From NCBI GenBank assembly GCA_005879065.1, contig VBLU01000003.1:1-55847 (forward strand): 55,847 nucleotides of DNA. Reading direction: 5' to 3'. The notes under the pieces are model-generated. The model saw only the letters and a list, made by a program, of their open reading frames with translations. It had not been told where the DNA came from and made no database searches. This document shows, in pieces, positions 35,903-44,717 of this stretch (position 1 is the stretch's first letter; every line of letters begins with the position of its first letter). The DNA comes from Methanobacteriota archaeon. Lineage in GTDB: Archaea > Thermoplasmatota > Thermoplasmata > RBG-16-68-12. The translations under genes and the position numbers were made by a program.

Positions 35903-36891
35903 GCGAGGCCAAGGCCCGTCGCTCGGACCTGCGATATCGGATCGGGCTAAACCTCCGGGCCGTCAAGGGCCGGTCCTATCCGCGGATCGTCGGCGCGAAC
36001 CGCGAGCCATCCTGGATTTTCTTCGAGGCGTTCCTTCCACTGCTCGGGATCGCGGCGTACGTGTTCGTTTATCAGTTCTTCGGAGGCCAGGCGCTCGCGG
36101 CGATCACGACGAAGACCACGGCCGCGCCCTGGGGGATGTGCGGGCATGATCCCTGCGCGAATGCGGCGGCACAGGCCGCCGCCGCGGCCGCCGTTGGCGC
36201 GAACACGAACGCGCTCGTGGCTTCGGTGGTCCTCGGCGGCACGATGGTCGCGTTCTGGCTCAACGTCCTCTGGTCGATGGCGAGCCAGCTCTACTGGGAG
36301 AAGGAAATCGGGAACCTCCAACTCTACATGATGGCCCCCATGAACCGGATGGCCCTGCTCGGCGGGATGGCGGTCGGCGGGATGGTCATGACCTCGATGC
36401 GGGCGATCTCGACCCTGGTCGCCGGCGTCCTCGTGTTCGGCGTCATCTTCCAGGTCGCGAGCCCGTTGATGCTGCTCGCCGTCTTCTTCGCGACGCTGAT
36501 CGCCCTCTACGGGCTCGGGATGATGTTCGCCTCGTTGTACCTGCTCTGGGGCCGCGAGGCGTGGAACCTGTCCGCGCTCATGGAGGAACCAATTTTCTTC
36601 TCGAGCGGGTTCTACTTCCCTCTCGGCGGCCTCTTGCGGATTCCCGGATGGGGCCCGGCTATCGCGATCGCGGGTTCGTTCATTCCGGCCTCGCTCGGCC
36701 TCGATGCGCTCCGCCAGCTGACCCTTGGTTCGACAGCCTTCGGCAGCAATTTCTGGATCTTCGACGTCACGACGGAACTTGAGATCCTCGTTGGCATGGC
36801 GGTCTTGTTCTTGATCCTCGCAAGGTACTGTCTCGCGTACCTAGAGACGCTCGCGAAGCGAGAGGGGAAGCTGACCTCACGGCATCAATGA
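35899..36891 (+). CDS. ABC-2 type transporter permease
   Basis: The GTG start overlaps the upstream stop (GTGA). Polytopic membrane protein with an Ala-rich extracytoplasmic loop containing two Cys. Confidence 0.8.
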   Translation: MSEAKARRSDLRYRIGLNLRAVKGRSYPRIVGANREPSWIFFEAFLPLLGIAAYVFVYQFFGGQALAAITTKTTAAPWGMCGHDPCANAAAQAAAAAAVGANTNALVASVVLGGTMVAFWLNVLWSMASQLYWEKEIGNLQLYMMAPMNRMALLGGMAVGGMVMTSMRAISTLVAGVLVFGVIFQVASPLMLLAVFFATLIALYGLGMMFASLYLLWGREAWNLSALMEEPIFFSSGFYFPLGGLLRIPGWGPAIAIAGSFIPASLGLDALRQLTLGSTAFGSNFWIFDVTTELEILVGMAVLFLILARYCLAYLETLAKREGKLTSRHQ

Positions 36892-37742
36892 GCACGTACT
36901 GGCGGACGTTCAAGACGGCCGCATGGCTCGGATGGGAGATGGACTCGAACTGGACCGAGCCCTGGCTCTTCGTCCTGTACTCCGTCATTAAACCGGTGGC
37001 CGGGGCGTTCATCCTGGTCCTCATGTACATCGTCTTCGTCGCCATCGGTCGGCCCCAGGGCGACACCGACGCATTTTCCTATATGTACGTAGGGAACTCG
37101 TTCTTCATCTTCGTCGCCACGGTCCTGTTCGGGACGTTCCAGGTGATCCAGTCCGATCGCGAATGGTACCAGACGATTCGCTACATCTACATCTCGCCGA
37201 TCTCGTACTACGTGTACATCCTGGGTCGCGCGGCCTCCAAGATCGCGGTCGCCGTATTTGCCGTCGCGATCACGCTCCTTTTCGGCGCGATGTTTCTCGG
37301 CGTGCGGTTGCACTTGGCCCTCGCCGATGTCCCGATGTTCCTCGTGAGCACGGTCCTCGGGCTCGCAGTCCTGTTAGCGATTGGGATCTGCCTGGGCGGG
37401 ATCTCGTTCCTGACAGCGAAGCACACTCATGGGCTGGCGGAAGGCATCCCGGGATTGTTCTACGTGTTCTGCGGCGTCCTGTTCCCCCTCTCCATCTTGC
37501 CGACCTGGGGCCAGGCCATCGGCCGCGCCATCCCTCTGACGTATTGGTTCGAAATCACTCGACGACTGATTGCGCCGACGATCACGGTGAACACGACCTT
37601 GGCCGGATTCGACCCGCTGACGATTCTCTTGTTCTTGATCGTATCATCCGTGGGCTTCTTCGCGCTGAGCGTCCTGATCTACAAGGTCGGTGAGTACTTC
37701 GCGCGGAAGGCCGGCAAGATCGACATGACGACGTCCTATTGA
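36888..37742 (+). CDS. ABC-2 type transporter permease
   Basis: ATGA overlap with the preceding permease. 284 aa, 6 to 7 TM helices. Confidence 0.8.
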   Translation: MSTYWRTFKTAAWLGWEMDSNWTEPWLFVLYSVIKPVAGAFILVLMYIVFVAIGRPQGDTDAFSYMYVGNSFFIFVATVLFGTFQVIQSDREWYQTIRYIYISPISYYVYILGRAASKIAVAVFAVAITLLFGAMFLGVRLHLALADVPMFLVSTVLGLAVLLAIGICLGGISFLTAKHTHGLAEGIPGLFYVFCGVLFPLSILPTWGQAIGRAIPLTYWFEITRRLIAPTITVNTTLAGFDPLTILLFLIVSSVGFFALSVLIYKVGEYFARKAGKIDMTTSY

Positions 37743-38086
37743 GCCCGCGCACGGGAAGCGCGACGGGCCCTCTGCTCCCGGCGGTACGGGTATCGTTGTA
37801 CGGCGCCGCAGGCGCTGCACGTCACGACGACGCGACCCTCGCCCACGCGGATTCGCGCGCTCACCGACGGCAGGAGGAACGCGAAACATTTCTTGCAGAA
37901 GGACCGTTTGAACGGCGCAGGCACACGGACGTTGTACCGCATGCCGATCCGACGGGCGAGTTCGACATAGCGTCGCGCCCGTTCCGTCCGGCGGTGGAGC
38001 GCCTCGGTCTCCGCGAGACGGAACAGGGTCGCCATGCGTTCCCCTGCGATCCGCCGCTCCATGCCGCGGTGGCGACGTTTCGCCAT
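37736..38086 (-). CDS. rnp4: RNase P protein component 4 (Rpp21/Rpr2 family)
   Basis: ORF 37736..38098. IAGERMATLFRLAE helix and zinc ribbon CKKCFAFLLPSVSARIRV...VVVTCSACGAVQRYP. Start taken at ATG 38086. Confidence 0.85.
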   Translation of the reverse strand: MAKRRHRGMERRIAGERMATLFRLAETEALHRRTERARRYVELARRIGMRYNVRVPAPFKRSFCKKCFAFLLPSVSARIRVGEGRVVVTCSACGAVQRYPYRREQRARRASRARAQ

Positions 38087-38172
38087 CGGACGGCGCACCG
38101 GCTTTGCGGATAAAACACTTCCCGGCGACGAACCTTTAACTATCCTCGGTCCGCTACTGCACGGGGGACACC

Positions 38173-39270
38173 ATGGGCGAGCGCGTGAAGCGCATCTTCC
38201 GGAACTTGAACGACGGCGTCGATTTGATCGTGTTCCTGAACTCCGTGGATCCGCACATCGACATGTCCTTCTTCTACGCGACCGGCGTGACGGACGGTTT
38301 GTTCGAAGGTTGCGCGGCGTGGCTCACGCCGGACGGTAAAGCCGCCATCACGACGTCCGCGCTGGAAGAGGAGGCGGCGAAGAAATCTGGTCTCCCCCTC
38401 GATGTGTTCCGCACCCGCGATGAATCCTCGAAGCTCATCAAGAAGCGGCTCGCGGGGCACCGCAAGATCGGCATCAACGCATCCGAGCTCACATATGCCG
38501 CGTTTCAGCGCCTCCGGAAACTGGCGCCACGGGCCGCGCGGTTCGTCGACGTCTCCGGGGCCGTGATGAAGGCGCGGCTCGTCAAGGACGCCCAGGAAGT
38601 CGATCTGATTCAACGGGCCTGCGACATCGCTTCACGAGCGTTCGAGGAAACGCTGTCGTTTATCCAAACCGGGGTCACGGAGGCGGAGGTCGCTTCCGAG
38701 CTCGTGTACCGGATGCAGAAGAACGGGGCGACCGCGCCCTCCTTCCGCACGATCGTTGGATCCGGTCCGAACGGCGCGGAGCCACACTACACCGCAGGGC
38801 CGAGGAAGATCGAGCGCGGCGACATGATCGTGATCGACTTCGGAGCCCAGTACCACATGTACTGTTCCGACATCACCCGCACGGTCGTCGTGGGCTCTCC
38901 GTCCGCGGAGCAGCGGCGGATGCACGACACGGTCGCGCGCGCGCAAGCCGCCGCCTTGGCCAAGATGAAACCGGGCGCACGGGGGAAGGCGGTCGACGCC
39001 GCGGCCCGGTCCCTGATCGACCGCACGAAATACAAGGGGCGGTTCATTCATGGCCTCGGTCACTCCGTCGGACTCGCGGTCCACGACCCGAGCGGCGGCC
39101 TGAGCCCTTCGAGCGACCTCATCCTCCGACCGAACATGGTCCTCACGAACGAGCCCGGCGTCTACGTGTCCGGGTTCGGTGGTGTCCGGATCGAGGACGA
39201 CGTCCTGATCACGAAGAACGGACCCCGGGTCCTGAGCACGGCCCCGAGGGAATTCCTGGAACTGGCATAG
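38173..39270 (+). CDS. M24 family Xaa-Pro peptidase
   Basis: Pita-bread fold metal-ligand motifs: DFGAQYHMYCSDITRT, HGLGHSVGLAVHD, NEPGVY, VRIEDDVLI. Confidence 0.9.
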   Translation: MGERVKRIFRNLNDGVDLIVFLNSVDPHIDMSFFYATGVTDGLFEGCAAWLTPDGKAAITTSALEEEAAKKSGLPLDVFRTRDESSKLIKKRLAGHRKIGINASELTYAAFQRLRKLAPRAARFVDVSGAVMKARLVKDAQEVDLIQRACDIASRAFEETLSFIQTGVTEAEVASELVYRMQKNGATAPSFRTIVGSGPNGAEPHYTAGPRKIERGDMIVIDFGAQYHMYCSDITRTVVVGSPSAEQRRMHDTVARAQAAALAKMKPGARGKAVDAAARSLIDRTKYKGRFIHGLGHSVGLAVHDPSGGLSPSSDLILRPNMVLTNEPGVYVSGFGGVRIEDDVLITKNGPRVLSTAPREFLELA

Positions 39271-39273
39271 ACC

Positions 39274-39822
39274 TCAAGGGACCGCTGGCTCGCGGAGCTC
39301 GCGGGCGAGGATGCTCATCCGGATCACATGCACGAACCGGCCGTCCTTGTAGATGTCTTCGCGGTGCACGCCTTCGCGGTTGAACCCAAGGCGCTCGTAG
39401 ATTCGGATCGCGCGCGTGTTGTATTCGAGCACGTCGAGCGAGACTTTGTTCAGGCTCAGCGGCCCGAAAGCATAGAGGAGCGCGGTCCGCATCGCCTCCG
39501 TCCCATAGCCTTTCGACCAGAACGTCGGTTCGCCAATCACAATTCCCACTTCCGACTTCCGGTGGACCCGGTCGATCTTGTGTAACCCGATGTTCCCGAT
39601 GTGGAGGCCCTCTGCCTCGATCGCGAAGATCTGTTCGTCCGTCCGCCGCTCGTAGTCACGGAACCATCGTTCCTCCTCCGGTAAGGTCACGGGCGAGTTC
39701 CGGCCGAGGAAGTGGATAATCTGCGGGTCCGAGAACCATTTCACGCATCGCCGAAGATCCGTCGAAGCGAGGGGCCGGAGCCGGAGACGATCCCCCTGCA
39801 GGATCCGGCGGGTTTCCAACAC
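39274..39822 (-). CDS. GNAT N-acetyltransferase (RimJ/RimL-like)
   Basis: Last 182 codons of the 553-aa track ORF. LRLRPL...HIGNIGLHKID...GEPTFWSKGYGTEAMRTALLYAF...NTRAIRIYERLGF. The GTG 39822 start is tentative (TTG 39819 is the alternative). Confidence 0.75.
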   Translation of the reverse strand: MLETRRILQGDRLRLRPLASTDLRRCVKWFSDPQIIHFLGRNSPVTLPEEERWFRDYERRTDEQIFAIEAEGLHIGNIGLHKIDRVHRKSEVGIVIGEPTFWSKGYGTEAMRTALLYAFGPLSLNKVSLDVLEYNTRAIRIYERLGFNREGVHREDIYKDGRFVHVIRMSILARELREPAVP

Positions 39823-39951
39823 GAGGTCCCGACTCGGAGCCGATGCGTAAAGACCTTTGCCCGTCCGTGTCGTCCATCGAACCGTCTCGGCCGTGCGGCC
39901 CAACTTGGGCCGGACGATGCCTTGAAATCGACTCCACGCTTCCCATCGTAC

Positions 39952-40959
39952 GTGATCGTGTACGATCCGCGGTTCCTCGACCATGTCCCGTCGCCTCTCC
40001 ACGTGGAGAGGCCGGACCGCCTTCGGTCCATCGTCGAGCGCCTGGAGCGGGAAGGGCTTTTTCATGGGGTCGAAACACCTCCGACCGCGACGATCGCGGA
40101 CCTCCGGCGCGTCCATCGAGGATCGTACGTCGAACTGGTCCGGAGTCTCGGGGAGGGCTTCTTGGATCCGGAGACCGCGGTCCATCGGGGCACGTTCGAC
40201 ATCGCCGGGCTCGCGGCGGGAGGCGTGCTCCTCGCGACTCGCTCCGCGGTCCGAGACGGCCATCCGACCATCGCCTTGGTCCGGCCGCCCGGTCACCATG
40301 CAGGCCCGGACTATGGCGGCGGGTTCTGTTATCTGAACAACGTCGCGATCGCCGCCGCGGAACAAGTCGCCGCGGGTCGTCGCGTCGCCATCTTGGATTA
40401 CGACGCCCATCACGGAAACGGGACGCGGGACATCTTCGCGGAGAATCCCGCGGTCCTCTATGTGTCCACGCACGAGTACGGGATCTATCCGGGGACGGGT
40501 CCCGCGGAAGATACCGGGACGGGCGAGGGCCGTGGTTTCACGGTGAATATCCCGTTCACGGCCGGGTGCGGCGACGCGTCCTATGTGGCGGCGCTGGACT
40601 CGGTCATCGAGCCGATCCTGGGGCAGTTTCGTCCGGATGTGGTCCTCGTGAGCTTGGGAATCGATGCCCACTACCGCGACCCGCTCACCTCCCTCACGCT
40701 TTCTTCTCCCGGGTATGTGGACCTCGTCAAGCGGAGCGCGGCCCTCGCCGCTCGTCTCTGCGCGAATCGCTTCACGATCGCTTTGGAAGGCGGATACCAT
40801 CTCGAGGCACTCAGCGAAGTGATCGCCGGGGTGGTGGCCGGGATCGAAGGCCGCTCGATCCCCCTCGCGCTGACCGACGTCCTCGACGACAAGGGTCGCG
40901 GCCGGGAAGCGATCGAGGCGACGAAGCGCGCTCACCGCGACTTCTGGAACCTACGCTGA
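39952..40959 (+). CDS. histone deacetylase-family (class II/AcuC-like) deacylase
   Basis: RPPGHHA, FCYLNNVAIA, LDYDAHHGNGT, ALEGGY motifs. Start is GTG 39952 (VIVYDPRF) or TTG 39922. Confidence 0.88.
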   Translation: MIVYDPRFLDHVPSPLHVERPDRLRSIVERLEREGLFHGVETPPTATIADLRRVHRGSYVELVRSLGEGFLDPETAVHRGTFDIAGLAAGGVLLATRSAVRDGHPTIALVRPPGHHAGPDYGGGFCYLNNVAIAAAEQVAAGRRVAILDYDAHHGNGTRDIFAENPAVLYVSTHEYGIYPGTGPAEDTGTGEGRGFTVNIPFTAGCGDASYVAALDSVIEPILGQFRPDVVLVSLGIDAHYRDPLTSLTLSSPGYVDLVKRSAALAARLCANRFTIALEGGYHLEALSEVIAGVVAGIEGRSIPLALTDVLDDKGRGREAIEATKRAHRDFWNLR

Positions 40960-42099
40960 GTGGGGGCGCTTGCGTTCCGTCATCCGGCGCTCCTTCTCCT
41001 TCAGGATCCGTTTGTGCAAGACCTCGAGGAGGCCCTTCAATGCGGCGTGGAGGTCCCAGTCGAAGTGGTGGGCGTGGTACACGCGGTGCGCGGTCGTGAA
41101 CCGCGCCCGGAGCGAATACTTGAACCGGTCCCCTTCGGGACTGTACTTCTGGAAATGGATCGCGAACGTCCTCGGCTCGACGAGTTCCGCGATCCGACGC
41201 ATCTCCTTCTGGATGACCGCATAGATCTCGTCGTACGCCTCGGGCGGTTCGTCCTCGAGGCCACTGATCTCGACGAACAGCTGATCCCTTTCTCGGAGAC
41301 CCGCGAGGAACTGCATCAGGTCCTGGGTCGTGATGATGCCGACCGGCTCATCCTTCTCCGTCACGACGACCGAGGAGATGTGGTTCTTCGCCATCAGTTC
41401 CGCCGCGCGGTGGACGTCCGCGTCCGGGCCCACCGTGATCGGCGGAGAACGCATCACGCTCTGCACCTCGAGGACGATTTTCTCCTCGCGTCCGGCGTGC
41501 TCGCCATACTGCTCCCGGACCTTCGGGCGAGCGAACAGATCGACGATGTCCTTCATCCCGACGATGCCTTTGATGCGCCGATGCTTGTCGACGACGGGGA
41601 CGGAACGCTCCCCGAGGGATCGCATGATCTGGACCGCGTGTTCCACCGTGTCGTTCTCGGCGACGGCCTGCGGGTTCGGAGTCATGAAGTCCTTGGCCAC
41701 GACGCCCTCGAGGGCCTTTGTCTCGACGAGGGCCCGCACCAGGTCGGACCGCGAGAGGATTCCGACCAGCGACTTTCCTTTCGCCACGGGGATCGCACGG
41801 AAGCCGGTGCTAATCATTTTTTCCGCGGCCTCCGGCAAGACGGTGTCGGGCGTGAGTTCCGGCGGTACCTGGAGGACGGTCGAGACCTTCGTGTTGGGCG
41901 GCAGGTTCCTGCGCCGCATGAGCTCGCGCAGCGTCACCACGCCGACGATCTTCTTCCGCTCGAGGACCGGGAGTTCGTGGACATCATGGGTCTTCATCTT
42001 CCCGAGGGCGTCCCCAATCGTGTCGTCGGGCGCCACGGTCACAAGGTCCGTCGTCATGAAGCCGGACACCCGGAGGTCTTGGACCTTGTTCCGCTTCAT
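40951..42099 (-). CDS. four-CBS-domain protein with a C-terminal approximately 100-aa HPF/RaiA-like (?) domain
   Basis: Four CBS repeats, for example MTTDLVTV...VHELPVL and MTPNPQAV...SVPVV. The C-terminus FVEISGLE...AYDEIYAVIQKEMRRIAELV...FAIHFQKY...KYSLRARFTT...AHHFDWDLHAALKGLLEVLHKRILKEKERR has a beta-alpha-beta-beta-beta-alpha pattern. Confidence 0.85.
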   Translation of the reverse strand: MKRNKVQDLRVSGFMTTDLVTVAPDDTIGDALGKMKTHDVHELPVLERKKIVGVVTLRELMRRRNLPPNTKVSTVLQVPPELTPDTVLPEAAEKMISTGFRAIPVAKGKSLVGILSRSDLVRALVETKALEGVVAKDFMTPNPQAVAENDTVEHAVQIMRSLGERSVPVVDKHRRIKGIVGMKDIVDLFARPKVREQYGEHAGREEKIVLEVQSVMRSPPITVGPDADVHRAAELMAKNHISSVVVTEKDEPVGIITTQDLMQFLAGLRERDQLFVEISGLEDEPPEAYDEIYAVIQKEMRRIAELVEPRTFAIHFQKYSPEGDRFKYSLRARFTTAHRVYHAHHFDWDLHAALKGLLEVLHKRILKEKERRMTERKRPHSA

Positions 42100-42178
42100 G
42101 GTGAACCCGCTCGGGTGGGAGGCAGCGATAGCGGAGGTCCGTATAAGAAAGTTCTTTCAGGGCGTCTCAATCCACGAG

Positions 42179-42457
42179 ATGATGGAGACTCGCGCGATCG
42201 TGGTCTTCCGAGGTCGTGTCCAAGGGGTCTACTTCCGGGCGAATTGCGCCGAGAAGGCGGAGGCCCTTGGCCTTCAGGGCTATGTGCGCAACATGCCCGA
42301 CGGAAGTGTCGAAGCCGTCTTGGAAGGAGATCGTCCTGGAATCGAGGCGTGCATCGACTGGAACAAGACGTCCCAGCCGTACGCGCGAGTCGAAACTGTC
42401 GAGGTCACTTGGTCAGAGGCCCGGGGCGATGCTCGAGGGTTCCACGTTCGCCACTGA
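42179..42457 (+). CDS. acyP: acylphosphatase
   Basis: Tail of ORF 41330..42457, ATG 42179. VFRGRVQGVYFR...GYVRNMPDGSVE, the classic acylphosphatase signatures. Confidence 0.88.
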   Translation: MMETRAIVVFRGRVQGVYFRANCAEKAEALGLQGYVRNMPDGSVEAVLEGDRPGIEACIDWNKTSQPYARVETVEVTWSEARGDARGFHVRH

Positions 42458-42505
42458 AGGCCGTCAGCAACGTTCATCCGACCATCGAGCCCTGTCGCGG
42501 TCGGC

Positions 42506-42697
42506 ATGGAGCTAACTCCGGTGCTTCGACAGGTGATCGTCCGGTGGATCGCCGGGTTCGCGTTCCTACTCTTCGCTCTGGTACTCGCGATTCTGTCTCT
42601 GCTTCCGAACGGGGGGATCGGCGGAGCGTTCGCCCTCTTCTTCGCAGTCCTTGGCCTCGCGCTGATCCTCGACGCAGTCAACGAGTTCCGCAAATGA
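42506..42697 (+). CDS. small membrane protein (2 TM helices)
   Basis: 63-aa ORF with two hydrophobic helices, IAGFAFLLFALVLAILSLL and AFALFFAVLGLALILDAV. Confidence 0.5.
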   Translation: MELTPVLRQVIVRWIAGFAFLLFALVLAILSLLPNGGIGGAFALFFAVLGLALILDAVNEFRK

Positions 42698-42724
42698 TGT
42701 GTTCGCTGCGAGGAACTCAACCGC

Positions 42725-43558
42725 CTATCGAATCTGGAAGCCATAGGTCCGTTCGGGTGTCTCCCGATGAATCACCTGGGCTTGGTCTTCCGTCAGGAGG
42801 CCATTTGCGATCCACGCCTTCGTCTTCCTGGGCACGGTCGCCGGCCCAAGGACCGCTCCCGGCCGTCGTGGGTCGTCGATGTAGTCCGTCTCGAGAAGGA
42901 AGCGGGGACCACCCTTCAGCGCCTCCTCGACCAGATTCTCCTTCGCAAGGATCGAAGGGACCAGGCCATGTGTGTCCTCGGGCTTCGTGAAGGGCGTCGA
43001 GTGGTGCTTGACCAAACGACCCGGATCAAGACCCGCTTTCGACGCCATCCGAGCGAACTCCGCGAAGGTGGCCGGCGTCGGGTCCTCCGTGTGAAGCACG
43101 ACAGCGCAACCGAGTTCCCTCGCGCGGACCATCGTGTATTCCAGAAGACCGTTGCAAGTCGCGAGAATTTCGTCGGACACCGGGAAGTGGGGTCGACCCA
43201 CCTCACCGAACGCGACGGCCTCCTGCGCCGCGATGCGCTCTGCAGCCCGGTCGATTCCCGACCGCATCACCTCGATCGCGGGAGCGCGTCCGATGGCTCC
43301 CTGCAGTCCGAGGAAGTCGACCGGATACGGGCCCAAGGCCACGAACACTTGGACGTGGGTCGCCTTGCGGACGGCTTCCGCCATCGCGAGCGTCTTCGCG
43401 TACGCTTTGTCGTAATCCTCCGCGCGATGAATCGGGATCTCGTCGTAGGGCGAATGGGTCAGGAGGATGGCCGTGCCGCCCGCGCGCTCGAAGTCTTTCG
43501 CGGCATCGACACCCCGAAACTCCGCACGCAAGTGGATGTGGTTGTCGAAGATCGGCAC
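42725..43558 (-). CDS. TatD-family metal-dependent hydrolase
   Basis: GTG start. N-terminal FDNHIHL metal-binding motif; VVLHTED; TIM-barrel amidohydrolase-like length. Confidence 0.8.
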   Translation of the reverse strand: MPIFDNHIHLRAEFRGVDAAKDFERAGGTAILLTHSPYDEIPIHRAEDYDKAYAKTLAMAEAVRKATHVQVFVALGPYPVDFLGLQGAIGRAPAIEVMRSGIDRAAERIAAQEAVAFGEVGRPHFPVSDEILATCNGLLEYTMVRARELGCAVVLHTEDPTPATFAEFARMASKAGLDPGRLVKHHSTPFTKPEDTHGLVPSILAKENLVEEALKGGPRFLLETDYIDDPRRPGAVLGPATVPRKTKAWIANGLLTEDQAQVIHRETPERTYGFQIR

Positions 43559-43582
43559 GCATTGCGGATTCGGAGCGCTCTC

Positions 43583-44047
43583 TTAGGCTTTCCCGGTCGG
43601 CGCCGAGTCCTCGGCTGGGCGACTGGCCCGCCCTCGCAAGGCGCGGTTCATCTCCTCGAATCCGCGGCGCACATCCTTTTCCAGCCGCCGTGCGAGGAAC
43701 GGCAGAAAGAGGCCACGGAACCGTTCCCGTTGCACGAACCGCGTGGACTGAGACCCCAGGGGCGTGAGTTCGAAGATGTGCTCGCCGTCGAAGAGGCCAG
43801 GGATGACGAGACGCCCCAACCATCGGAACTCGCGGTTCCGGACGGCCACCCTCACGGTCGGGCGGAAGCGCATCGGCCGGGTTCCGGGGGCGCCGATCTC
43901 CACCTCGAGTCGGGAACCGACCTCCGGCGTTCCGCGGATCGACCGGATGAACGGGTTCCACCGCGGATAGCTGTCGAAGTCCATCAGGACTTGCCAAACG
44001 CGTTCGACGGGCGCGTCGATCTCCGTCTCGGTGCGCAGTTCCAACAT
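43583..44047 (-). CDS. SRPBCC (START/polyketide cyclase-like) domain protein
   Basis: TEIDAPVERVWQVLMDFDSYPRWNPFI N-terminal signature of SRPBCC proteins. Confidence 0.8.
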   Translation of the reverse strand: MLELRTETEIDAPVERVWQVLMDFDSYPRWNPFIRSIRGTPEVGSRLEVEIGAPGTRPMRFRPTVRVAVRNREFRWLGRLVIPGLFDGEHIFELTPLGSQSTRFVQRERFRGLFLPFLARRLEKDVRRGFEEMNRALRGRASRPAEDSAPTGKA

Positions 44048-44051
44048 CGCG

Positions 44052-44603
44052 TTACCGAAGGAGACCGGCCGCCTTCAGCTCTTCCGTGATCTTCTCGACA
44101 GCCTGCTCAACGTCTGAAGGCTTTCGCGCGCCGGTACAGACGAGTTTTCCGCTCCCGAACAGGAGCACGACGACTTTCGGCACGTCGATTCGGTAGACGA
44201 GCCCGGGGAACTGCTCCGGCTCGTATTCGACCTTCTCGAGTCCGAGGGAGATCGCGATCGCGTTCAGGTTGATCTCGGTCCCCAGGTCAGACGATGCGAC
44301 GATGTTCTGGACCTCGATCTCCGGATTCTTCTTGATCGGGATACCGGCGGCCTCGATCTGCTTCGCGACGATCTCGATCGCCTGCTTCACATGTTCGAGG
44401 CTCTTCGCCCCGGTGCACACGACCTTGCCACTCCGGAAGAGGAGGGTCGCGGTCTTTGGCTCTTTGAGGCGGTAGATCAGGCCCGGGAACTGTTCGGGCT
44501 CGTATTCCGCGCCGCCGAGGGCGAGCGCGATCGCTTGGAGGTCGAGCTCCTCACCGAGGGAGGTCGACGCGACCACGTTCTCAATTTTGATTTTAGCCAC
44601 CAT
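44052..44603 (-). CDS. tbp: TATA-box binding protein
   Basis: Two direct repeats: ENVVASTSLGEELDLQAIAL...YEPEQFPGLIYRL...LLFRSGKVVCTGAK and QNIVASSDLGTEINLNAIAI...YEPEQFPGLVYRI...LLFGSGKLVCTGAR. ATG 44603 is preceded by GGAGGTG. Confidence 0.95.
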   Translation of the reverse strand: MVAKIKIENVVASTSLGEELDLQAIALALGGAEYEPEQFPGLIYRLKEPKTATLLFRSGKVVCTGAKSLEHVKQAIEIVAKQIEAAGIPIKKNPEIEVQNIVASSDLGTEINLNAIAISLGLEKVEYEPEQFPGLVYRIDVPKVVVLLFGSGKLVCTGARKPSDVEQAVEKITEELKAAGLLR

Positions 44604-44667
44604 ATGCACCTCCGAGGTGGCCGGCGGTCCCACGGGGAGCCTGCCGGGGCTCGGCAGACTCGGGGAG

Positions 44668-44688
44668 TTAAATAGTCCTTTATAAGGG
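44668..44688 (-). promoter_or_regulatory. TATA-like boxes upstream of tbp
   Basis: The minus strand reads CCCTTATAAAGGACTATTTAA, 65 to 85 nt upstream of the tbp ATG. It is an AT-rich island in GC-rich DNA. Confidence 0.35.
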
Positions 44689-44717
44689 TTAGCGGCCAAA
44701 GTGCACGCCGCGATTCT

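Noticed and set aside
39823-40935. N-terminal 371 codons of the 553-aa minus-strand ORF 39274..40935
   Set aside because: This part is antisense to the HDAC-family gene and has no motifs. Only the last 182 codons show GNAT homology.
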